A stretch of DNA of 64,000 nucleotides from Thalia democratica (Eukaryota). Below the pieces are notes generated by a model that ran no database searches, was not told where the DNA came from, and saw only the letters and a list, made by a program, of their open reading frames with translations. Below, piece after piece: positions 23,177 through 36,299 of the stretch. The first letter of the stretch is position 1. Each line of letters begins with the position of its first letter. Position numbers and translations under genes: made by a program. Location of the stretch: the NCBI GenBank assembly GCA_965202585.1, contig OZ241832.1, positions 56,916,001 to 56,980,000 of the forward strand, given 5' to 3'.

Positions 23177-26100
23177 AAAATTACAATCTGTAACCTACTT
23201 CAAATTCTATACTTACATTCAGGTATAGAATTTCCAAACTCAATATTATTATTCTAGATAATATAAACTTTTATCAAAACTACGCCATCCTATACCTTTT
23301 CATTTATTTAAACACTTGTAGAATTGTCTAAAAAGTTTTGATTGTAATTTATAGCTAGAGAAAACATAACTAATATTTTTATTAAACCTCCTGCAAATAA
23401 CAAACAGTAAAACCAGAAAGGTATAAAATCTTTGATAAGTTTTTGTGAGGAAAAGTAAATTATATATTCTTTTCCAATTAGCAAACTATTCTCGCACAAT
23501 TGCTATCGATTAGTGCGACTAACCTCATTGAGAACGAAGCATTAAACTAAGCAATCAGTGTTTTTATTTTAATAGAAAGTATATTTAAAGTAAATGTTGT
23601 AACGCGTAATTTACTCTAGAATTTTAAAGTTGGTGAAAAGATATAATCAAATAGATTAATTTTTAAATATTTTAATTTTTGTTATGAAAAAATTTTATAA
23701 ACCGTCTACAGTTGCCTGTCGCGGAAATTGGCAATTGAGTTATTACGCAATTTCTATAAACAAAATTTGAGTTCAATATTTTTAACATGTTTGATTGCAT
23801 CTAAACGAAAATTTACAAAAAAACGTTAATAGTTTTAAAAAATAGGAATAGACAACGTCCTGGCCGGATCTATCTAACAGCATAAAGCACAAACGCGTTT
23901 TCTAGTTTTTGAAAAAAACTTAAGCAAGCTGACTAAAATTGAGCTTTTTTGAAATAAATACTTTTAAATTTCTTGTTTAGAAAATAGTAACTATTGAAAA
24001 AATAAACAGCCAACTTATTTAAAATTAAAGTTTTTAAATGTATACAAAAATACTTTTTAACTTATCCTTATCTTGATTTGTTTAGGTTAAAAGATTTACA
24101 GAATTTTATCTTATTTCTGAATTTATACAAACATAATTCTTAATAATGATTTTTATTTTATATATTCCACAGAAACTTAAGCTCAATATCTCATAAATAT
24201 TTTATTTCTACAAAAAGGCTACTATTAACATACGTATATAAAAAAAAACAAGGTCTTTTACTAAACACAAATATATTTCAACAATTTTCTCCAGTGTCTT
24301 ACAATTGTTACAAAATAAAGAAAATATTTAATTTATATTGCCTTATAATTGCATCTAAAATTAGTTAATCAAGCAAATCTCAAAACAAAAAAAAAATTCT
24401 AAGTTCTGAATAAACAATTTTTACATAACATAAGAGTTCTAATTAGCTAAACAGAGAAAACAAATAATCAAATTATCTCTGCTTGCATAACTTTGGTTAA
24501 TTTAAATAAATGTATATGGGTTCAATTTTGATCATGAAATCCCGCATATTTCTTTTATGGGAGGTTTCATTTTTAAATAATTATAATTTTAGTAAAATGT
24601 ACATTGGTCATGTTGTACATAAAAACAGTTTAGATCAAAAAAACGTTAAGCATCTAAAATAGTCATAATTTAGTGTATTTAAATATTTTTTTTCCTACAG
24701 TTACCGTTAGTAAATTAAAGGTTTTTGATATTTACAATCGGGAATATTTGTTTATATTATTAATTTATTAGAAGTTTAAAAAAAACATTCCTTGAGAACA
24801 CAGCAAACTAAGAATATTAAAGAAAATTATATTTTGCCTGAAACATCCGTTAGAGTAAAAAAAAAAAAAAATTCTAAGGGGCCCAACTCAAAAATTCAAA
24901 CCCCAATCCTAGGGATTTTAAAAAATTACAGTCAAAGGAGTGTTCCTTAGAATTAAAAAAATCTTAGTTATCTTTAAAGATAAGGAAAATAATTGGATCT
25001 AAAGTTTGGACATCTTCTGAAAATTGCAAAAAATGCTAATCGAGCTAAGGTAACGCTCGTGTTATTTTGTACTTGAAATAAAAACGTAGCATGAAGAATA
25101 CGATTGAGCCATTCGTTTTCGATAGTATTTCTTGTTCTGATACGAAATAAGATACCTTTTTAATTTATCATATTAATTTGTCTTTTAACTTAAGTCATTA
25201 CAAAACACGAGTTTTAAAAAGTCAAGAATTATATATTAACATATATATGAATATTTTATTCTTTGTTTATTAACTTCCGCTACTTTTATGTTAATTGTGA
25301 AACAATATTACGTATACAATACATCACAACATCTTCAAAATTCAGCATTTATCCTACAAAGTATAAAATGATATAAAACAATTGAAATTTTAACTGCTTA
25401 TAGTAAGAAACTAAGCTTGTAGAAACTAAAGTTGTGCCTTAAAGAAAGGTTATTTCGAAATCTTAAGATTTTAAAAAAGTGTACGAGTGCTCTACAAAAG
25501 TTTTTTAACAAAAATCACATTTTTGACAAAATTAATAAGCACCAAATTTAAATTATGCTGAAATTTACTTAAAATAAAGTTCTACCATCACGAGATTAGT
25601 ATAATTTTCAATTACATTACCATGCAAAATAAATAAAATTAATGTAAACCATGATTAATGTTAAACTGGATGTAAATTCATCCTACAAGTGTAAATTGAT
25701 AGGAGATTTTTTAAATAGAATCGAAATGCATTGATATTATTGATACTACAATGAGAGGTTGTTCTTGAAAAAAGATGTTAAATGCATGCTGTTTATTATT
25801 TTTTTGTAAATAGTTATGTTAACTAGTTTTTGAAACAAGTTACATCTACTATTTTAGTTTACAAAATCAAATATTTCTTACACTTTTTTTGGTTTTGTCA
25901 CTGTTTTATTCAATTACCTAGTTCTGATAAAGCGAACTTTTCCAGTTGCAAACTTACTTTATTAGTAGTAAAAGATTGATTTATCTACCGAACCAAGTAA
26001 ATAAACAAAATAAACTAAATAAATGAAATATTTAAAATAGTTTTACAATATGTGTGCTTTTTAAACAAGCTTTTTACGGCTAGTAAGTTGAACAAAACTT

Positions 26101-29100
26101 TACTTAAAAATTAAACAAAAGTTTTAAAGATTAATCAAAAAATACTGTGTTTGGTTGAATGTACCAAACAAAAAAGTTTCAAGGTTTTTTTTATATTGGA
26201 AGTGTAATTTTGCAACATACTTCGTTGGCATAATTTCTAAACATCTTATTGAGTAATTGTGAAGCTTGATGTAAAATTACAAATTAAATCTAAGTTAAAA
26301 TTGTCAAAATCTGAAAAGTACACAGTTCTTAAGAATTCAAATTTGTTTAAAAGTCTTACTCGTTTTAAGTTTTTTTAAAAACATCTGCTTGCTTTAAATT
26401 TCTTTACAAATACTTCATTTTACAGCGAAAAACTTGTAGTTGACATTTTAAAAATTCTATCTCACTTTTCTATAAACACTCGAACTTGTTTTAGTTTTAC
26501 TTTGTTGCAATAGTGCACTTTGAACTAATAAAACCTATCAAAACTATACTTTTTTCAAAGTACTTTAAGTTACACAAAAATTTGAAAATTGATCTATTTT
26601 TAAAATAAATATTTTTTCTGGTTTAATTTGTAGTGTAAACAGTCAATTATTTTTAGTTGTACTAATTTAAGGCTGGGATATTTATCGTATTTTGTTAACT
26701 AGAAATTAAATTTAAGTTTAATTTAAGTTTTACGAATTCTAACTTAATTACAACTTTGTTAGCAGTGATATTTTTTATTTGTATTATACTTATACATTGC
26801 TATTTAACTCAGTTCATTTCAACTAAACTAAATTAATAGTGTCTTTAACTTAAATAGAAAAAATTAAGCTGGCTTTCTTTGGATTAAAAAAATGGGAATG
26901 ATAAAATTTTTGTTCATCTTTGAACTTATTTGAGTTTAAAGTCAAGTGTTATCAAAAAACAAGATTTTTTAAATAACGTATTTAATAATATTGCCTCATA
27001 AATATTTTATATTTCTTAAAACTAGACGCACGAACATGTAGTTAAAAGTACAAAAAATAAATTATACTTTTTGAAAATAATAAAATTTATACTTTTTGAA
27101 TTTATTGTAAAAAACTTAAAAATCATAAACTACGCGATTTTAATAAATAGTAATTTTTCACCAAAGCTTTCCGTTAACATGTTTTATTAGACTTTAATTA
27201 AAAAAAAGCATTTTCTTTTGTAACCACTTAATGTATGTTTAAACATACATAAATAAATCAATAATTTATGTCTTAAATAAAATAATAGTTTGCGTAAATT
27301 AAACTTTAATTAATTTGTTTTTCAAAATTTAGCTTGATATTTATTTAACCTTGAGTAGCAATATTACTTTTATACAGTATGTAAAATTATTAACATCTTG
27401 TTAAAGCTCAAGTAGTAAATAACTTTGTTTAAATCTATTTTAATTTTTAAGGAAATTTTCATTTAGTTTTCATGTAAGTTAAAAAGTCATTAACTAAGAT
27501 TTTACTTATAAAAAAATATTTGAAAAAACTTACGAGCTTTAAACTACGCATTAAAAAAAAAAATATTTTCAAGTATTTGATGTGAGTTTGTCAGTACAAA
27601 GTATGAGCTCAAGTAAAGAAGATTTTTACTAGTTTATTTTTGATTAATTAGTTTTTAAATTAAATGTCTTTAGATACACGATTTATGGTTATTATAAAAT
27701 GCTAGTTCTAGAAAATTAAATCATAACTAATTTTTTAAAAATTTTAGCGTTACTTACCTCTAACTTTTAGCAGCACTAAGAGTCCACTTCGATTTTAATA
27801 TTCTTTCATTACTTGTCATAACAAGCCAAGCTGAAGCAAATAATTATGTTAGCACAATACCAAGTGACAAACATTTATTTTTCAAATAAATAAACTTTTC
27901 ACGACTTAAAAATCTCAGTTACAGCTCACAAAGTGTGACTTTTGTTCCAGAAAGTTTTTAAAACAAAAGTAAAATTTTTGACTAGACAAACACATTCACT
28001 TTAAACAAAAAACAAGTTTATTTTCAAGAGTTCAGTACAGCTTTTAAATAAATCATCAAGAAAAGCTGTTGCATAAGTGAAAACAAATATTCAAATTCGA
28101 TTAATGCTTAAAAGCAATACAAATTCTTTGTGAAGTTGATAATTTGTACACAACATTTTAGTATACAATTACCTAATTACATTGATGCGTATGTTAAAAA
28201 GTTTTATTTAAAACATTTAACATTTGCTTTGTATAAATAGCATTGTATAATATCTGCTGTTTATTTCTGACTTTTTTGGGTTTTTTTTGTAATAAAACAA
28301 TATAGTTTTAATGTTGCTGCTTATATAAGGTTGTTAAAAATTACTTAACATCGTACTAAATTGTATAATTATATATACAGGGCTAAATTGTATAACACAT
28401 ATTTTGTTGCTTATTTGCTTGGTTATTTAAAGAATTTTATAATATTTAACATATTTTATAGATTTAGTTGGAAAACTTTAAAGTATTTTCAATAAAAACG
28501 TTAAATGAATGAGAATATTATTCAGTTAAAAGGTAAAAATTAAGTACTAATTGTATTTACTATTTCAAGTTTGATTTTTGTATCATATCTTAATACCAAT
28601 GATTAAGCATGCAAATCTATCGATTACTACGTAAAAAATCTCAAATTTGTGTTTATATATTATTTTTGTGTTAACTACAACTTATAACGTTTGTTTTACA
28701 TCAACAAAAACTCAAAAAATATTTTATATATTCTGCGTCACATAACAAGGTTGATAGACTTACAGCTATAGCATTGTGAGAGCTTTGAATATTTTTATTT
28801 TCTGTTTAATTTTTAGTTTTATAATTTTTCAGTTAAACAAGTGTACTTAACCGAAAGTCAGTTTGTCGGTACCTAGTAGACGTCTTTGAAGTTTTAAAAT
28901 AATCAAAAAAAAAAGTGCATTCAAGTTTGAAGATCAAATGATTTCTTTGAGTATTAAGCTTATATATAACACTTTTTTAAGCTCATAAGAACTCAATGCT
29001 TTAATTTTATTTTTAAGTTTATTCACTTTTTAAAAGTGCCTGCTACTTAGAAAAGGCCTAAAAACCTTTTAAGACTAAAACAACGTTGACTGAATATTTG

Positions 29101-32100
29101 TTTGAAACTATTTACTTGCACCATAGCTTACTCAAAAGCTTTCGTATTAAAAACTGAATATTTATCATTTTTAGAACAAACTACCGATATGCAAAAAATA
29201 AATAAATTATTTACGCATTTTATAAGAATACTTAACTCTCTAATTCATCCATGACGTGTTACCTTTACGATGGTAAACAATTAGACGACAAAGTACATTT
29301 AAAGCGTAAAAAAAATAAAAGTTTTTAAATATCTTATCGCTATAGACGGACTGTACTGTGGTTTTAATAGCTTCTGTCTCATTAAGCTAACGCTTTGCGG
29401 AACAACTTCATGAGCATATACGTTATAGATATTAGTAGTTTTTTATCATTTTTGTTTAGCTTAATATTATAAGATAGTTTTCTCATCAAAGCAGGTTATT
29501 TATTTTTTATTTTTTATATTTTACAGCTAGTGTCATAAAAAAAGTTAATTGAATATGACAATATTTAATTAGTTAGGTTTTAAGATTTACAATACTCTTT
29601 TAGTAAAAGTTTTCATATATATTTTTTGAAAGTTAATTTGTTTTCGAACAAATTAATGTAAATTTTCGTTAAGTTATCATTAAAAAAAAAGCATCAGTAA
29701 ATTGATAGAATTAAAAGTGGTTAAAAAAAAATTTCTCAAAGTTTTTTAAATATTTCAAATAAAAACGTAGAAGAAAGTTAGAACTAAACAGTAAAAAAAC
29801 AGTTTTTTCTTTAATTTGACAATTTAAATAAAACTTTTATTTTGTTTATAAAATTCTATGAGTTGATATAGTGTTTATTTTATAAAAAAAAACTTTACAG
29901 TTTCAGTTATATGCTAAATTTTTTCGTCGCTTTATTTCAAATAACTAAACTTTCATCGGTTGTTGAAATCAAAAGTGTTTAGGTTCATAACAAATACGGT
30001 TTAATATTAAAAAAGAAATTTTATAAACACCAACAGTAGTTACTACTTGTGAGGCAATTCTTGCGTTATTGATATTTAAAAGTTCGTTGAAACAATTGAC
30101 CAAAGCGTTAACATATTTTCAAGTAACCTTGCCGAAATCACGTTCAAGTGATAACAATAACATAATTGGTAAACTGAAATTGATCGAATGCCAAAGTTAT
30201 TGAAACTGAATTTATGCACAATTTCGGTTGCGTGAATGGAAAAACATATTAGTCTTTAAAATGAAATGTAAGTTTATAATAAATATGTGGAAAAGCACAT
30301 TTAAAATTTATAAATCATCGTCATACAGCTTTGTTTAATTTGAAGCACTCTGTGTCAAAACATAAACAAAGTTTAGTCAGTAGAAAACTATAAGTTTGTT
30401 TCGTCCAAGTATTAGTATTACTTGTATGTTTAGATATAAATATTTTAATATAAAGTTAATAATGTTTCGAACTCTTTTTAGTTTGATTTCGTAATTATGA
30501 GCTAGACTTTACCTTGAAAATAAAGTTTAAGACAATTTGAAAAAAAATAAATTGTTATTTGTTTGTTAACAAATTTAATTATGCCTCTAAAAGTTCCTTT
30601 TATGCTCCAAAAGTTTATTTCAAAATAGTTTGAAACCCAGTCGTTACAGAAAATGTAAGTTATTTTGTAAAAGCTTATAAGCTTATCAATCATGAAAAAA
30701 ATGCTAAAATATTTATTAAGCAAATTTGTGTTCAGCTTTTGAGTTATTATTTTCTTGTTTCAAACTAAGTATATTTTTTGTTTTACACATACAGTTTTTT
30801 TTACTTCTTAGTTTATAGTAGTAGTTAGTTTAAAAAACAATACTAACCCGTTTGAAAGTTTTTTTTTTGATTTATGTTATGACTTAGAACAAGTCCTTTA
30901 TCATACGATGCTTTAACATATAAACGTATCTTTTTAAATTATGAAAGCCTTGACTAAGCAAACAAGTATTTGATTGAGATTTGTATGTTGTTTTCTAAAC
31001 AACTCAATACTATCTTAAATCTGAATTAGATAAACTTTCTATTTAGTTTTTAGGCTGCTAGATGCTACTCTGCAAAGGAAGTTTAAATTTAGCAGCCAAA
31101 AAAGATCGTGTCAAATTTGTACGACTCCAAAGTCAAATTTTTAAACTAAATTTCCTCAAAAATGCTTGAGTTCTTTTAGTCCTAAAAGTCAATTCATTTA
31201 AAAAATCAGCCGTCATAAATTTCGTGACAAACTGTATCGTATTTGATTGAGGTGTCTATTCAAAGTTGAGTTTAACTTCCTCTGATATTATTTAATAAAA
31301 TCTAAAAAATCAACACCTCCTGTTTTTTTAATTGACAGTCAAAAAACTCGCTTGGTATGGTGTTGAAAAGTGACTTTAAAAGAAAACTTCAAAAAAAAAA
31401 GTTTTGATGTGTTGGGCAACCGGTAAAACATCAAATGAAGTTTGTATGCAAATGTTAAAGATTTCCTGTTTTGCTTAAGGAAATGTGAATAAGATGTTTT
31501 TGTGAAAATGAATATCTAAAAGTTAATTTTTTTATTCACTGATTATCTTTACATCATGCTCTGGTAGTTCTTTTTTTTTAATCTAAGTGTTTTTGTTATA
31601 ACAAAACAGTTTTTATTTAACTTTGCCTAATAAGTGGAGTTAGGAATCTTTTTAAATTAGCTCGACTCAATTGAAAAAATATTATTCAAAATATTCATTG
31701 ACAATAATTAATAAGTGTCTGATTAGAAACTTAAGACATTTTAAATTTTAAGTTTTTAACTAGTTTACTTAATTGCTAAGTTAGTTCAAAAAGTTTTAGA
31801 CTGTTCAAGTTACAATACATACTAAAATTAGATTTTTAAATTTAGCATTCGAAATGCTGTGAAAATTCGTTTATAATTTAATTGCAGATACTTTATTTAA
31901 CTTTTTTATTCAAAGTTTTATTTATAAACTTCCTAAACTCATATACGCACTATCTTTAAATAGTACGTAATTGCTTTAGTGCTTGAAAAACAGTGCTTTT
32001 ATTTTTATAAACTCAGCAGTAAATTGCTTGATGCAGTAATTAAATGATAAACTAAGTTTGAACACTTCCTCAATCGAATGATGTTGTATTGTTTACAGCA

Positions 32101-35100
32101 GTTTCGTAGCAACATTATGGGAAAAATCTAACTAGTATTAGAAAAGTTCAAGTTTTGCGAAACGCTATTACTCTTGGTTATTTTAAGTATAATTTAAACA
32201 GTTGTTAGTTTTGTGTTAATCTCATTAATTTTTTTTGTTACCCTTACACGGCATTATCAAAACAAGTCAATTATGTCTACTAAAGTACTTTGTTAAATGT
32301 AAAAATTAAGATTTTAAATTATTGTTTCAGTTTAACTATGTTTTAAAAGTTTGTACATTTTACTTTTATATCAATGCTTTTTGAAAGGTTATTTAGTTGT
32401 ACATTATAATTCTATTAAGTAATTTATAATCTTATTACTTTTTTAATATTATTCTGAATCTTGATAGTTGTTCTGAGTAAAAGATTAAAATTATTACCTT
32501 TAAATAAAACTTGAAAATTGTTTACAAATTACTGATAATAAATTATTATTTTTTTAGACTTTGATTAACCCAGTAACCGAATAAAACATTTTTATGTTTT
32601 CAATTGTGAGTTAAGTTCAAAAAAAAAATCAATTTATTGTTTGCTTTCATCAATAACTAAACTAAGAAAAAATTTTTGTAAGCATTTATATCGATAAACA
32701 AAAACAAGTCAATATATGTTTTAAACATTATTTCTATGTTAAAGTTCAAAGAAAAATAATGCTAAATATTTGTTGTTAAAGCTAGATGGGGTCAATATTT
32801 TTTTTTGTTGTCAATCATGAAACTATTGTTATGACAAATTTATAAAAAAATAGAAAAACATATGAAAAGAAAAAGTTGATATCAAAAGACGTTTTGACAG
32901 ATGCAGAAATTATCTTTGAGATTAGTACTTTTTCACCTTTTTCAATAATGTGTAAGTCAGATGGGTTAGACGGAATTCATTTTGATGAACACATATTTAA
33001 TAATTCACTATTATATCATTATTTAATAAAGTTATTACGTTCAAGTGTTAATAAGACATGTAAAAACAGTTTTTATTTGCATTAAAACTAACACCTACAG
33101 GTAAAATTATCGACACATACTGCTAAATCTTTAATGAAATCTTTTTTTTGTTTGAAAGTATTATACATCTAGTAAGGGACGCGAACTGCTAAATAAAAGT
33201 TTCCAAAAAACCACAATGAACAAGTTAACCGTTTTTGCTGCTAGATTACTTCCGAGAAAGTTTTTTAAATATTTTTTTTGTTTTTGCTTTAATTCAAAAA
33301 TAAATCAGCTTAAAACACGAAAAAAGTTGGTACTGACTTCTAGTAACGTTGTTTTAAAATGAAATTTAAATAGCAACTGCTGTAGTTGTAAGGTTTTGGA
33401 AACATTTACATTTAAGCAGTAAATTCATAACATTTTACGATTGAGGTAAAGTGATAATACAGCAGAATATTAGGAACATCACCATCCCCAACCAACCTTA
33501 CCCAAAACTTTTTATCTATACAGTTATCCCAAACCCACCTTACCAAAAAATATAAAAAACGAGCCAAAACACAAAAAAATTATTACTTAAAACTTAATAT
33601 AGTATTAAGTAAAATATTAACCAATCAAAAGCCACTTAAAAATGCAGCTGACGCATTTAAAATTCATGTGTTATTCTTGAGCAACAGGTGCCATTTAGTT
33701 GTGAATGTCGTCTTTAACTTGTTAAGGAAAGCTGAAAATTTCAAAAAAAAAAAACTCAACTTTTGCATTAATGTTGCAATATTGGATAACAGATTATTTT
33801 ACAATTGACAATATAAAATCACATGCTATGTCCATATCCGTGTTTTTTTTTCGTAAAATATGTTTTATGACCTTTAACGATTTTCAATTGTAAATCACGT
33901 AGGTAGTATTGCTAAAGCGTTGATTTTAATTTTAAAAGTATTGATTTAATTTTTTAATTAATTTTCGACTATACTTTTTCAGTATACTTAAAGTTTTTTA
34001 AATCTTTTTTTTTTTTCAATGTTTTTTATTCTTTTTGTTTTCTCTTACAAACACTTTTTAATTACTTTAAATTGAAAAATAAGACAATATATTAATCTCA
34101 ACCCTTTACGAGATAATTTCAATCATAAAGCTTAAAGCTTTGTTTGTTAAAGTCTTTCTCAGATTTTCAAAATGATTTACCATAAAATTTTTATTTATTA
34201 AAAATTTTGTATTTTAGAGGCATAACCATGTTTTAAAAGCTTATCTAACAAAATCAGTGCATCAATAAAACAGGTGTCTGGTTTTATTTTATAACTTTTA
34301 CTCGTTTATTACTTTTATTGTTTTTAAAGTAAATTGCGGAAATTTCAAGCTGTAAATCACAGAACGCAGTCTAATCACATGAATTTTTTATACACTAAAA
34401 ATACTTTAAACAGTTTAAAAATACACTTTTTCTATACAAATTCTAAATCTGTTTGTTAATACATTTAAGAAATTTCACTCATTAATTCATGAGATATATA
34501 CAAGTAAATTTGTGTTTGCATTTTAACAATAATATCATCATGGGACTTTAATTTATTGCGCTAAAATCGATAGTTTTTTAGTCATGCTATCTCATAGTGA
34601 TTTCATTACAAAAATAAAAGTAACAAGTAACGAAAATTTGTGTTGGATATTCGTGATAATTTTTTATTTGCAATTTTGCGTGTAGCTGCAACTTGGTTGT
34701 GCCGTAAAAATAACTTTTGTTATTTTTGTTTGATTTTGTTTATGTTAAGAAAAACTAGTTTTTTTTAAAGATTGCTTTATATTTTAATATTTTTTTACTT
34801 GATTAGTTGTTAGTTAAGTTTTTTAATGAAAAGAATAATTTACATCTAAACATGTTTGACAGAGTTAAGATTGAATTAAATTAGTTTAAGTTTTTTAAGT
34901 GTTTTATTATATTCAGTTAAAATTAGAATGTTTCGATATGTATACTTACATATATATATATCTATATTAAAAAATTAATAGAAAATTGTGATTGGTTTAA
35001 ATCACTAAGAAACTTGAGGTAAAAACAAAAAACTTTAAAGCTATGTACCAGTTGTTTATTTACTTTTAGTTATTTGATCTACAGCTAAAACAAAGCTGCA

Positions 35101-36299
35101 TAATAAATTCAACTTTGTCTGTATTTTGATTCAGTAAATAAAATATATTTACAATAAGTAGAGTACAGTCAAAAACAATTGTAAAACACATTCAAAAGCA
35201 TTAAACTTAAGCATTTTTATTCTTTTAAGTTTCCAATTTTTTTCTTGTTTTTATTATTAAAACTTCTGTGTATTATAAATTCTGTGTTACTTAAATCTCT
35301 TAATAACCATAAGTGTTTTAGTTCTAAAGCACTTTTTGTAAATACAAAAGTTAACATTGAACAATAAAAAGTAGAAAGTCCAAAAACTACGATAGATGAT
35401 AATTGCGTAACAAAATAAATGAATAATCGTTCCTTATTGAGAAAGTTCAATATTAATCAAAAATCAAAGAAAAATAAATTTTGTAATAATTTTTTTACGA
35501 TAATAAATTGCAATAATATCAAGTTCAAATAAGAAATCTTTGAACTTTAAGCAGACTTTTAGTGGATTTATTTTTCTACAAATATTCTTTTTTTTCGGTA
35601 AGCTCTTTTTGTGCTCTTCTAGAAGCATGGTGGTATAAATGTCAGAAGGCTTAATAACTATGTTGACACTAGGCTTAATAACCTCTAAAGAAAGTTGTAA
35701 CCTATACAAGTAAAGCTCTTTTGAGAATTGAGGAAATGAAATGTTAAACTTCAAGAGACTATATACTTTTGTAAATCGATATTTGTTAATACAGTTTAAC
35801 TTGTTCTAAAAATTTAAAAACTGTTTTTAACTTTAAGAACGACTTGTATACTAAACATGTAATCATTATTGATTAATTAAAATAGGAAAATAAGCTATTT
35901 ATTTTATTTAAAGATAACCTAATCTTGTATTGTTGGTTTGGCAAAAAAAAAACATGTTAGATTATTTAGATACACTTTAAATGAGTTTTGTTAGTTTGTG
36001 ATAATATTATAATAGTTAAATTTCAGCAAGTCGACTTATTTTTAATATCATTCTAACACGAGTTTATTTATTATCGATTTGTTTTTTTCTTAAATTTAAC
36101 ACAGAATTTTTGAGAGATTTTTTGCTCGATAAAAAAATGTATAGAGGTTGGTAATTTAGTTGCATATATTTCTAGCATTAACAAAAGTATTTTAAAGAGT
36201 TTCACAAAACCGATATATTTTGCTGATTTAGCTTTCAATAAATAAACTTACAGATAGTAGTTGCTAATATTAATTTGTGAAAAAGTGTTTGAAGAATTT

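Noticed and set aside
23500-28800. Possible hidden gene in the long AT-rich interval
   Set aside because: I saw no GC-rich exon islands, no convincing ORFs and no conserved splice patterns, only small repeat fragments (e.g. ~25020-25060 matching ~12685-12728).
33480-33545. CCCAACC/CCTTACCC and GGTTAGGG motifs (also ~40275 and ~55710-55775) resembling telomeric repeats
   Set aside because: They are not tandem TTAGGG arrays, only short degenerate dispersed motifs.
35464-35754. 96-aa minus-strand ORF upstream of MAM gene A
   Set aside because: It is AT-rich, and the paralogous region in B has indels (e.g. a ~14-bp deletion) that break the frame.
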